Below are positions 11,801 through 23,140 of a stretch of 64,000 nt of DNA, one piece after another. The notes under the pieces were generated by a model that ran no database searches, was not told the origin of the DNA, and was given only the letters and a program-made list of their open reading frames with translations. The stretch's first letter is position 1, and every line of letters starts with the position of its first letter. Made by a program: the position numbers and the translations under genes. The stretch spans positions 12,402,001 through 12,466,000 of the forward strand of contig CM059433.1 of NCBI GenBank assembly GCA_030390025.1, written 5' to 3'. This stretch comes from Squalus acanthias. Lineage: Eukaryota.

Positions 11801-12572
11801 GGCCCTGAATTTCCGATCAGAGGCTTCCTGCGGGCGGATGCCTCCGATCAGAAAAAAACTCTACGGACCGACCTGCTGGTCCGGAGATACGGAGGCTTGC
11901 GATCCTGGGCCTCTCCTCTTCGAAATGCGCAGAGGCCCAGGTATCCCAGGGGCGCAGGCGGTTCGCAAGCACCCCTGGGATCACGTGGGCCAACTCAACC
12001 AATGGAAGAAGGGAATCCTCCTTCATACTTTTGACAGTTCCGTACACACAGAACTGCCAAAAATATGAATGGGGATCACTTAAAAAATGTACCAACACAT
12101 TGAAATAAATAAAGAAAAACCATTACATATATAAAATTAATTAAAATGGCATTTAATTAAATATGGTAAACAAAAATTTAATGTTTTGAATTTTTTTTTA
12201 ATATGTTTTAACGGGGCTTAATATAACCTTACCTTATTGGACAGGGTTTTTAATTTATAAGTGAGTGATAACATCTTATTGTTCTAATTTTTTAAACTCT
12301 TACGCTGGTAAAAGCAGGCCTCACGCCTGTTCTTACCAGGCATAAAAATTCCACGGCCTTTCAGCGGGCGGAAGTTGAGCAAGTAGCGCAACTCTCCACC
12401 CGCGGAGGCACTTTTCTTGGGCATGCGGCGGATCTGTCAAGAGAATTCTTGGCAGATTGCAAGTTCCGGGTTTCAGCGCATGCGCTTCGTGCGCCTAAAC
12501 CCGGCACTTGCGCGGCCCCTACGGGCGGGTACACACCTCGTACGCACCCGTGGGGGTCGGAAATTCAGGGCC
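11801..12572. mobile_element. 772-bp MITE, PIF/Harbinger (Tourist-like)
   Basis: Perfect 16-bp TIR GGCCCTGAATTTCCGA and perfect 3-bp TSD AAT (11798-11800, 12573-12575). GC/CpG-rich arms surround an AT-rich core; no credible ORF. Confidence 0.92.
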
Positions 12573-13519
12573 AATGTATTATGTAAATTCTGCAAGTGGT
12601 TCCAAGGTCCAAGCACATTGGGTTGAAAGGTTAGAGGAACTATTCCATGGCTGAAACAGTGAGGCTTGTTTTAACCCACGCCACCTGGCAGGGGCGGCCA
12701 TTAAAATTGGTTCCCGCTGTAATTGCGCTGGCCGCTATTTTAACTCCAGGTTTCATTTAGGTGGCTGACGCACCAGGTTCCTCATGAATGCGTGCAAATC
12801 AGGGTCCAATGATGTAAGTGGGACCCCGATGCGATATTAACTGGGTGGGCCAGAAGCCCCGCCCAGCAGTTCACCCGCTGAGTAAAATCTTGTGGGATTG
12901 GCTATTTAATGGGGTACTCGGATCATAGGGATCTGTGAGCTATTGTGCTTAATGGATTTCCAAGGGGTTTTGAAACTGCAGATTGCTTGTTTCGCCCGTT
13001 TTTGCATTACTCACCCTGGATAAGCACTCACAGTTTATCATTGGTGCCATTTTTTGCTCCATTGCTTTCGATGGAGGAACAGTTTGAGGAAGAGGATCAG
13101 CAGCAGCGGCCTCAACAGGCAGGATTAGCAGCAGATGCACCATGTGAAAAATAGTGCCCGAGAGTTCCAACATCATTATGGCTGGAAATAGTGTGATGTC
13201 AACAGAATAAAGTTAGTAATGACACTCACACCGACATCAAACCTTATTACGTGAAAAATAACTTTTAAAGTGCAATGACTATGGTTATGTAGGCAAACAA
13301 CAACACTTAAAGGGGAATGTACTTATTCTCTTATGCTGCCATCCATACCGTGCTCCATCCAGTAAGGCAGCCAAGAGCTGTTGAAATTTAGCCAGGGGAG
13401 TTTCAGTGACAGTTGAAACTATGGGGCTAACTTTAATTTTATGATGTTAGAAGTAGCAAGTGAAGGGTGGGTGGTTTTTAATTTTAATTTTATGACTCCT
13501 GGCATCCCCTCTAACTTTA

Positions 13520-13910
13520 ACCTTGTCCGCCCACAGGGTCTATAGGCCAAGAGTCAGTTTCCTGGATATGACTGAAGAGCACTGCCTCAGGAGGCTGTCT
13601 CTCAGGTCTAGGGCACTCCTGTAGCCATCAAGGTACCAGAAGATGAGCCAGCAGCTTTTGTCAACAGGACGGGCTATCACTCAATTAATGTTCAGCTGGT
13701 GTGTGATCAATCTCTGTGTTGGTGCTTGGGAGAGAGATGGAGTGCTTGGCGGTGCCTCCTCAGCAGGATTGTTCTCAAGAGGTGTGTCCTTCTGCAGGAT
13801 CTTGCTTCTAAGAAGGATCTGGAGGAAAGAGAAAAAGGACGAATGTTAGACTGGCACTGACAGGCTCGACAATAGATGACAGACTTCATAATGCAGCTTG
13901 AAGTTGTCAA
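13520..13910 (+). pseudogene. Decayed, internally deleted Harbinger transposase
   Basis: Segments translate to FLDMTEEHCLRRL and NRTGYHSINVQLVCD (intact copy: YIHMSEELCLRRL and NRKGFHSLNVQLVCD). Confidence 0.7.
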
Positions 13911-14779
13911 GATAGCTGAATATGCTTAGTTCTGAGATACATGAAGGGTACAAGTAATAGGCAGAGATGTAATACACCCTTTATAAACCCCATATGAATT
14001 TCCTTTCCAGCCGATCTGCTACTGTCCATTTTACACCCACCCTGAAGTTGAAAGCTGCGCCTGTCATCTGTGAGATGCATCCACCAAGGTTGAATAGCAT
14101 AACGTCGGACTGCTATTTTGGAGTTTTACTCGTTTAGTTTGGGTCACAGAGAAGTTTTTTTATTGTTGAAAGTTTTAAGTTATTGTGGCTGCCGCGAAGC
14201 ACGAATTGAGGCGAGTCAATATGTGGAGCACATGGCTTTTAATTACATACTCCTTGGCAAAATGGCTGCTACAACTTCTCTCTGCAAAACCCTACTGGTT
14301 GAGGGCGACGCCCGCTCTTTTTAAGTTCACACTGAGGGCGACGCCCACTCCTTTTTTCATGCCTTAAAGGCAGCATGCGCCTTAAAGGCAAGGTGCCCGA
14401 TTTATTGTCCACGGACAGAAAAGTGGATTGCGCCCGTTTAGGTGGCGATCCGCCACAAAGTGTTGTTACTCACATTTCCCAGGATGTTAAATGAAGTGAA
14501 GAGAATCCGAGAGAGTGAAGACTGTAGACTCTGATGGAAAGGCTGAATGATCCCTTCCTGTTCGGTACTTTATATTCTCATTCACAGAACCACAAAAAAT
14601 CCCCATTAGAGACACAACAATTACTGCAATGATGCAACTCTCATAGGCTTGCAAGGGTCCAACAGCCCAGCTTTGTGGATGGATGCTGGCTCTTCGACTT
14701 TCCTGAGTTGTCACAATTTAAATTTTTTCCCCCTCCTGGTATCACTGGATTTGCCAGCGGAGATCCACTGAGCTGCTAC

Positions 14780-14950
14780 CTTTGGAAGAAGAGGAGGACC
14801 TAAGGAGGGTTGTCAGGCTGCCCGAGAGTTGCTCAGTGCCCTCTGCACACCCCCATCTACAGAGAAAGGAGAAATTACCTCTCATTGACTGACATAGTGC
14901 TGATGGAGGCCTATCTTCCCAAAGGAAGCTTTGTGATGATGTTTGATTGC
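14780..14950 (+). pseudogene. Decayed Harbinger transposase N-terminal relic
   Basis: PIYRERRNYLSLTD resembles RVYREQLSYIHMSE of the intact transposase. Confidence 0.4.
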
Positions 14951-15514
14951 CTGACTAACTCTTATGGTGATTGCTGTGCTTCTGAGAACCAGTCACTGCA
15001 GGTCATGCATTCATTGGGCAGTACATGAAAGAAGGCATACCTCAGGTGATCAAGAGCCAGCATTTCTGATTGGCTGCAGCTGCCAAGATACCGCAAACCA
15101 TTTTTTGCAGGCCCTGGCAATACCTACCCAATGATCGTGGCTGCTGTCTTCTTAGGAGCTGGGCTAGCAGAGAGGCTGGTGCAGAGCGGAGCCACCTGCT
15201 GCTAGGAAACTTGCAGCTATATTGCAGCAGAGGGCTGGCATGCACAGAGACAGTAATGGCCAGCTGTGGCCTGAAATTTGGCTGCACCTATTTGCCTCTA
15301 CCAGTCAGTCATAGAATCATACAGCACAGAAGGAGGCCATTTGGCCCATCATATCTATGCCAGCTCTTTGAAAGAGCTATCCAATTGGTCCCACTCCCCT
15401 GCTCTTTTCCCATATCTCTGCAATTTTCTCCCTTTCAAATATTTAGCCAATTCCCTTTTGAAAGTTGTGAGAAGTCGCACAACACCAGGTTATAGACAAT
15501 AGTTTTATCTGAAA

Positions 15515-15551
15515 TCACAAGCTTTCGGAGCGCTGCTCCTTCATCAGGTGA
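15515..15551 (-). ncRNA. Minimal hammerhead ribozyme motif (left arm)
   Basis: Minus strand: TCAC-CTGATGA-A-GGAGC-AGC-GCTCC-GAAA-GC-TT-GTGA. Confidence 0.7.
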
Positions 15552-15649
15552 AGTGAAGAGATGCATATAGGCACAGCATATATAGTCAGAGAACACTGCC
15601 ATATATCTTCTCTGACTATATATGCCGTGCCTATATGCATCTCTTCACT

Positions 15650-15686
15650 TCACCTGACGAAGGAGCAGCGCTCCGAAAGCTTGTGA
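15650..15686 (+). ncRNA. Minimal hammerhead ribozyme motif (right arm)
   Basis: Plus strand: TCAC-CTGACGA-A-GGAGC-AGC-GCTCC-GAAA-GC-TT-GTGA, followed by AATAAA at 15692-15697. Confidence 0.7.
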
Positions 15687-16055
15687 TTTCAAATAAAACT
15701 GTTGGACTATAACCTGGTGTTGTGCGACTTCTCACATTTGTCCACCCCAGTCCAACATCAGCATCTCCACATCATGGCTTTTGAAAGTTACTATTGAATC
15801 TGCTGCCACTACCCTTTCATGTAGTGCATTCCAGATCACAACAACTCGCTGCATAAAAAAATTCTCCCCATTTCCCCTCTGGATTTTTTGCCAATTATCT
15901 TAAATGTGCACTTTGGCTCCCGACCCTCCTGCCAGTGGAAACAGTTTCTCGCTATCTACTCCAACGAAATGCCATCTAATTTTAAACACCTCTATTAATC
16001 GCCTCTTTACCTTCTCTGCTCTAAGGAGAACAACTCCAGCTTCTCCAGTCTCTCC

Positions 16056-16759
16056 TTCTTCTTCTTAGGCAGTCCCTCGGAACCGAGGATGACTTGTTTC
16101 CACATTAAAAATGAGTTCTCAGGTGACTGATGAGTCCGATGCGGGACCTACAGTCTCTGTCACAGGTGGGGCAGACGGTGGTTGAAGGGGCAGGTGGGTG
16201 GGGTGCTTGGGTTGACGTGCGCTCCTTGCGCTGCTTGCGCTTGGCTTCTGCTTGCTCCCGGCGAAGAGACTCGAGGTGTTTGGTGCCTTCTCGGATGCTT
16301 CTTCTCCACTTTGTACGGTCTTGGGCCAGGGATTCCCAGGTGTCAGTGGGGATGTTGCACTTTTTCAAGGAGGCTTTGAGGGTGTCCTTGAAGCGTTTCC
16401 TCTGCCCACCTGGGGCTCTCTTGCTGTGTCGGAGCTCCGAGTAGCGCGCTTGTTTTGGGAGCCTCGTATCGGGCATGCGGACGATGTGACCCGTCCATCG
16501 GAGCTGATCGAGCGTGGTCAAAGCTTCGATGCTGGGGATGTTGGCCTGAGCAAGAACACTGACGTTGGTGCGCCTATCCTGCCAATGGATTTGCAGGATC
16601 TTGCGGAGGCAGCGTTGGTGGTACCTCTCCAGTGCTTTGAGGTGCCTGCTGTACATGGTCCATGTCTCTGAGGCATACAGGAGGGTGGGTATCAGTGCTG
16701 CTCTGTAGACCATGAGCTTAGTGCCGGGTTTGAGATCCTGGTCTTCAAACACTCTCCCA
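16056..16759 (-). mobile_element. Young 5'-truncated RTE-clade LINE
   Basis: Open frame TKLMVYRAALIPTLLYASETW...QLRWTGHIVRMPDTRLPK...CPTCDRDCRSRIGLISHLRTH (C2H2 finger), short 3' UTR and (GAA)n tail. Perfect 30-bp TSD (16026-16055, 16760-16789). Confidence 0.92.
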
Positions 16760-17302
16760 GAGAACAACTCCAGCTTCTCCAGTCTCTCCACATAACTGAA
16801 GTCCCCCAACCCTAGTAAATCTCTTCTGCACCCTCTCAAAGGCCTTGACATCCTTCCTAAAGTGCGGTGCCCAGAATTGAACACAATATTCCAGCTGAGG
16901 CCTAACCAGTGTTTTATAATGGTTTAGCTTTCCTTGCTTTTGTACTCTATGCCTTCTCTATATTAATAAAGTCAAGGTTCCCATATTTTCTTTTAGCAGC
17001 CTTCTCAACTTGTCCTGTCACCTTCAAAGATTTATCTACATACACTCCCAGGTCCCTCTGTTCCTGAAACCCCCTTTAAAACTGTACGATTTATGTGATA
17101 TTGCCTCTCCTTACTTCACACTTCTCTGCATTAAATTTCATCTGCCATGCGTCTGCCCATTTCATCAGTCTGTCTATGTCGTCCTGAAGTCTGTTACTAT
17201 CCTCCATTGTTGTTTAATACTTTTCTGAGTATCATGTCATCTGCGAACTTTGAAATGATACCCTGTGTAACCAAGTCCAGGTCATTAATATATATCAAAA
17301 AA

Positions 17303-17697
17303 TCATAGAAACATAGAAAAATAGGAGCAGGAGTCGGCCATTCGTCCCTTCGAGCCTGCTCCGCCGTTCAATATGATCATGGCTGATCCTCTATCTCAAT
17401 ACCATATTCCCGCTCTCTCCCCATACCCCTTCATGCCTTTTGTGTCTAGAAATCTATCTATCTCCTTCTTAAATATATTCAGTGACTTGGCCTCCACAGC
17501 CTTCTGTGGTAGAGAATTCCACAGGTTCACCACCCTCTGAGTGAAGAAATTTCTCCTCATCTCAGTCCTAAATGTCCTACCCCCGTATCCTGAGACTGTG
17601 ACCCCTCGTTCTAGACCCCCCCCCCAGCCAGGGGAAACATCCTCCCTGCATCCAGTCTGTCTAGCCCTATCAGAATTTTATACGTTTCAATGAGATC
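17303..17697 (-). mobile_element. CR1 3' fragment nested in older CR1
   Basis: CATAGAAACATAGAAA tail and GGAGCAGGAGTCGGCC 3' UTR; DLIETYKILIGLDRLDAGRMFP. The host CR1 resumes at about 17697. Confidence 0.85.
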
Positions 17698-20600
17698 AGT
17701 GGTCCTAATACCGACCCTTGGGGACCACCACTGTATACTTCTCTCCAGTCTGAAAAACATCACTGGTAGTGGGAACGGAAATTGTGTGTGAGTGAAATTT
17801 AAAGGAATGGGCACTATTAAAGGCAACTGTTACACTAGGGTGACAAAAATTCTGAAAGACTTTGGAGAGCCTCAAAAGACATCTCAACTCATTATCAGCC
17901 TTAGGCAGGCCTGAAGAGATAGGGGTTTAAGCAGTGACGGACAAAAATGAAAGGAATGTAAACTCCATGTGTAGCCATAAGGCTGGAGGCAAGGAACAGT
18001 GCCTCAGCACCTGATCCTGTGTGCTGGCAGCTGCAGTTGAGATGATGCTGCATGAGGTGGCTGTGCAGTAGTAGCACCGTACGTCCACATTACCTGGAAA
18101 GAGAAGGAGGCAGTCTCGATCAGTACAGTCACTGGCTATGTTAGCCACCTGGTATATGTTACCACCAGGTGTCCTTACAGCATATGGCACAGCTCTCCAT
18201 CTGACTTTCAGCTGACTTGGATCCTGTAACGGAAGAAAGAAAGGCTTGGGTTTATATCGCGCCTTTCACCATCTCAGGACGTCCTGAAGTGCTTTCCAGC
18301 CAATGAAGTATTTTTGAAGTGTAGTCACTGTTGTAATGTAGGAAACATGACAGCCAATTTGTGCACAGCAAGATCCCACAAACAGCAATGTGATATTAAC
18401 CAGATAATCGTGGAGAACTTGGATAAGACCTGAAAACGGGTGCAGGGATCGCAGTGCACAATTAACCCGCGCCCATTCATAATGTTGCAGGCAACACATT
18501 AAATCTGTACTGCCTGCTCTTTTAAAGGATTTTTACGTGCAGCCAGCGCTACCCACACTGCTCATTGGTTGCACGCATCAGCAGGGGCCCCGATATTGCG
18601 AGTGTCCAGCGCTACTTAAAGGCAGCCTGCACCTATTAAAAGGGAGGTGCGTTGTGGGCTGAAACAAGCGGTGGGAGTTTTTTCAAAACTGAATCTGTGC
18701 TCTGATACTTTGAGCAATGGCTGAACAGGTGAGAGAGCGTGCACCAAGGTTTTCACACAATGCACTGGAGGCCTTGGTGGAAAGGAGCAGAGATGTCCTG
18801 TATCCATAACGGGAGCAGGAGGCTCTCCAGACACATACTTGGGAGGCAGTGGGAAGTAATAGCGGCGGACGTCAATGCCCAGGAATGTTGCGCATCGAAC
18901 ATGGCTGCAGTGCAGGAAGAAGTTTAATGACCTCACACGAGTTGTCGAGGTGAGTGAGTTCATCTGCAAATGGCACATTCTACCAACTGCACCACTAGTC
19001 TCACATCCACTGCTCAATTCTCTACACTGCCATCACCCGCCTACCAACAATCTCTATCATCAGTACTCAACCTAAAATTCATATGCTTTACCTCATCCTG
19101 ACACACTTAGAACTGTTGTGAGCCTCGCACCCACAGCTCACGGCTCGCACACATTGGCAGCTATTCAACAATGAGAGCCACATCACCCAAACCTATTGCA
19201 GGACTCTCACAGACACACTTCTCTCCTTGCAGGAGAAGGTGGCGCATTACAGCAGGCAGCAGCAAAGAAGTGGAGGAGGACAAGCGCTCTTGCATGCTTT
19301 AACCCCCATGGAGGAGACAGTGCTGGCCATCATGGGAAGGGACATCACTGAGGCCGTGGCCACTGGCGGGGCTGGAGGGATCAATGATGAGGGTATCTGC
19401 ATGCCTAATTCTCCTCTTACCCCACTTTTCCCTCATCCCACAATCTCTTCTGACTCACAAGCTGCAGATGGTGCATGCATCAGCAGGGGGCCCGATATCG
19501 CAAGTGTCTCATTCTACTTAAAGGCAGCCTGCACCTCTTAAAGGGGAGGTGCATTGTGGCGTCAACAAGTGATGGGAACTTTTTCAAAACTGAATCAGTG
19601 TTGTGATACTTTGAGCAATGTTTTCAGACAATGCACTGGAGGCCTTGTTGGAAGACGTGGAAAGGTGGAGAGATATCCTGTATCCGCAGGGGGCAGGAGG
19701 CCCTCCAGACACGTGCTCAGGAGGTGGTGAGAAGAAAAAGCGGTGGATGTCAATGCCAGGAGTGTTGCTCATCAATTATATATCCAGTGCAGGAAGGAGT
19801 ATAATGATCTGACACGAGTTGTCAAGGTGAGTGACTTCATCTTCAAATGTCCTACCAACAAAAATCCTACCAACTGCATCAATAGCCTCACCCACTGCTC
19901 AATTTACTACACCTACCAAAAATCCCTATCAATCAAGATTCATACCTAACATTCACATGCTTCACCTCACCATCTTAGCACTGTTGAAAGCCTCACGCCC
20001 ACAGCTCACGGCTTGCACACACAGGCAGCTATTCAACCATGACAACCACATCACCCAAACGTATTGCACGACACTCACTGACACACTTCCCTCCTTCTTG
20101 CAGGAGAAGGTGGCGCATGACAGCAGGCAGCAGGAAAGAACTGGAGGAGGACAAGCGCACCTACATGTTTTAACACCCATGGAGGAGACAGTGCTGGCCA
20201 TCATGGGAAGGGGCATCGTTGAGGCCGTGGCCACTGGTGGCGCAGAAGCGATTGGTGATGAGGGTGTCCACATATCTAATCCTCCTTCTCTTATCTCACT
20301 ACTCCCTCATCCCTCACTCTCTTCTGAGTGAAAGGCTGCAGAGGGTGTAAGCACACACTTCTTACTTCCTGCTCTTCCCTCACCACAATCCAACCCTTGT
20401 CCCTTTTTCATTTCAGATACCCAAAAACTGGAACCTTCCCAGTCAGAGGAGGAAGAGGAAGAAGATAGTGAAGATGAAGAGACACCATCACTAGATCTTG
20501 CACTCGCAGCCACCAGCTCAGATACTGACACTGCGTTTATTTTAGAGGCTAGGATAGAGGTAGGATCTGCACGTGGTGAGACACCGGGCGCAAGTGCTCA

Positions 20601-20772
20601 GGAGCCAGCACTGGGGGAAAGGATAGCGTAGGTGCCAGCTCGCTGGAGGGCGAGGTCGCACATTAGTTCTGCTGCAGAGGACTCAGATGAGGACTTAGAT
20701 GGGTCAGGCTACAGAAGACACATCCAAATGCTTGGTGCACTGAAAGCCTACCAGAAAGCTCTGCGCTCAATG

Positions 20773-21962
20773 TCCCTACTTCCTTCTGTGTCCGCCCCTG
20801 TAAAAAACTCTCTCCCAACTCACTTACAACTGCACTTACGAAATTCCAACTGTCCAGCCTTTGGCCCTCCATTCACCACGGCATTTCTGCAGCTACTGAT
20901 CTGTTCAACCACACCCTCACCACCACCTTTGATGCCCTAGTCCCTATTAAAACCATTACTCTCTCTCACCCTGGCTGTTCCCCCGGTACGGCCCTCATCT
21001 TCGCTCCCTTAAGTCCAAGGAACGCTGACTTGAACGGATATGGCGGACAACTGGTTTAGCCATTCACCGCCAGATCTGGCTGGACCACATAAAGCATTAT
21101 CGGGTCCTGCTCGCGTCTGCCAAACTTCTCACTATTCCAGGATAATTCTGGAATGCAAAGATAATCCCCGGCTTCTTTTCCCTACTGCAAACCATCTTCT
21201 TAAGCCCCTCTCCCCGTCTCCTCCACCCTCACCTTCAACAACAAGTGTGAGGAGCTCATGGACTTCTTTGTCTCTAAGATTGAGACCATCTGATCAGTTG
21301 CCTCTGCCACTTCCCTTCCTTCCCCTAGCCCAAACTTCCTCCAAGGTTCCCCCTGCCCTGGCCCTGAATTCACACCTTTCTCCAGTTTCTCTCCGATCTC
21401 CCCTCATGACCTCTCCGCGCTCATCTTGTCCATGAGACCCACTTCCTGCTCCCTCGACCCTATTCCCACCAAACTGCTGACCACCCAACTTCCTTTTCTG
21501 GCTCCCATGTTAGCTGACATTGTTAACAATTCTCTCTCCTCAGGTACTGTCCCCCTCTCCCTCAAATCTGCCATCATCACCCCTCTCCTCAAAAAACGAA
21601 GCCTTGACCCCCCGTCCTTGCAAACTACCGCCCCATCTCCAACCTTCCTTTCCTCTCCAAAGTCCTTGAACGTGTTGTCACCTCCCAAATCCGTGCCCAT
21701 CTTTCCCGCAACTCCATGCTTGAATCCCTCCAATCAGGTTTCCGCCCCTGCCACAGTGCCGAAACAGCTCTCATCAAAGTCACAAATTACATCCTATGTG
21801 ACTGTGACAAAGGTAAACTATCGCTCCTTTAAGATGCTCCTTAAAACCTACCTCTTTGACCAAGCTTTTGGTCATTTGCCCTAATTTCTCCTTATGTGGC
21901 TCGGTGTCAAATTTTGTTTTATGACACTCCTGTGAAGTGCCTTGGGATGTTTTACTATGTTG
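20773..21962 (+). mobile_element. Internally deleted L2 LINE
   Basis: SMRPTSCSLDPIPTKLL..NNSLSSGTVP..KSAIITPLLKK (L2 ORF2) is joined directly to the L2 3' end [14 protein letters not shown] and a (GTT) tail. It interrupts the Myb exon 3 relic between ATGTC and AAGGAAC. Confidence 0.85.
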
Positions 21963-22139
21963 TTGTCAAGGAACATGGAAGAGTCCAGCAACAACTTGGC
22001 ACAGGGATTTGCGCAGAGCTTGGAGCCCATCCTTTCCAACATGGAACAAGTGGTCACCTCCATCAGCACACCTGTGGAGACAACCATGATGGCCAATGTC
22101 TCAGCTTCCATTGCAGCACAAACAGCTTCCACCAAATGT

Positions 22140-22342
22140 CTGAGGCTGTGGAGGCCAAGTCACTGAAAATATTTAAGAAGGAGATAGATAGATTTCTAGA
22201 CACAAAAGGCGTCAAGGGGTATGGGGAGAGAGCGGGAATATGGTATTGAGATAGAGGATCAGCCATGATCATATTGAATGGAGGAGCAGACTCGAAGGGC
22301 CGAATGGCCTACTCCTGCTGTTATTTTTCTATGTTTCTATGA
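22140..22342 (+). mobile_element. CR1 3' end fragment
   Basis: AVEAKSLKIFKKEIDRFLDTKGVKGYGERAGIWY, then 3' UTR and a TTTCTATG tail. Confidence 0.85.
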
Positions 22343-22344
22343 GT

Positions 22345-23140
22345 CATGAGCCAATGACATTAGTGGATAACCCTTGTCTCCCAGTAGCCAGCCTTTGCTG
22401 GTCATGGTGGGTCAAGTGCAACTGGCACAGAGGACTGCCGTAGAATGAAAGAACCATAACTACTGCCAGGATACTGGGCATTGACCTGCCTGATGCGGTG
22501 CCTGTGGTCGCTCACCAGCTGCACATTGAGGGAGTGGAATCCCGTTCGGTTCAGTAAAATGGCAGAGTTCACATGAGGCGCACGAAAAGCAATCTGCGTG
22601 CAGTGAATGGCAACCGGCACCATGGAGAAGCCTGCAATCTGAGCAAACGCTCGTGCTCGCTCCGCCTGCTTGTCTCTAGCAAATGGGAATGAGATGAAGC
22701 TGTCTCTCTCTTTGTGTAGAGAGCCTCAGTGACCTTCCTTATGCAGCAGTGTACGGCAAACGACAAGATGTTGCTTATAGCTCCAGCAGCAGCCTGGAAG
22801 GAGCCAGGCGCATAAAGGTTAAGAGCCACGGTCAGCTTGACAGCCACGGGCAATGCGGTCCTTGCCCTGCTCTGAGCTTGAAGTCGTGGCTTCAGGAGTT
22901 GGCAGATTTCAGTCACGACCTCTTTTGCGAAGCGAAGACGTCTCATGCATTGGTCCTCGCTGAAGTTCAGGTCAGAGAATTGCTCCCTAAAGACCATGGG
23001 CAGATACGGCCTCCTGCTGAGAGGCCTTCTCCCACTTCCTCCTCCTCCTCCTCCCTCTTCTAGCAGCTTGTCCCGCTCTGCGTGACCTCTTTTAATTCTC
23101 CCAGTCATGCGCAAGTCCATGAGGAAGGCCTGCATGGTGA
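22345..23140 (-). pseudogene. Frameshifted Harbinger transposase
   Basis: FREQFSDLNFSEDQCMRRLRFAKEVVTEICQLL..LPVAVKLTVALNLYAPGSFQ, then after a frameshift AIHCTQIAFRAP..NRTGFHSLNVQLVSDH..YPGS. The first catalytic Asp is replaced by His. Confidence 0.9.

Larger units (their letters stand above)
15466..15777. mobile_element. Penelope-derived inverted-repeat (hairpin) insertion
   Basis: Arms 15466-15593 and 15608-15736 are near-perfect reverse complements with a 14-nt loop, followed by a ~40-nt extension. Flanked by the direct repeat CTTTTGAAAGTT (15455-15466, 15778-15789). The arm sequence matches the pLTR at 3593-3730. Confidence 0.9.
15309..17760 (-). mobile_element. Decayed CR1 LINE 3' part, interrupted by three younger insertions
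   Basis: CATAGAAT tail at 15310. RT motifs on the minus strand resume across the insertions (YSGPQGSVLGP near 17700-17740; YINDLD..KFADD near 17235-17295). Confidence 0.85.

Noticed and set aside
16105..16884. 259-aa ORF as a gene
   Set aside because: It is a chance in-frame fusion of CR1 target sequence with a 5'-truncated RTE; the TSD marks the junction.
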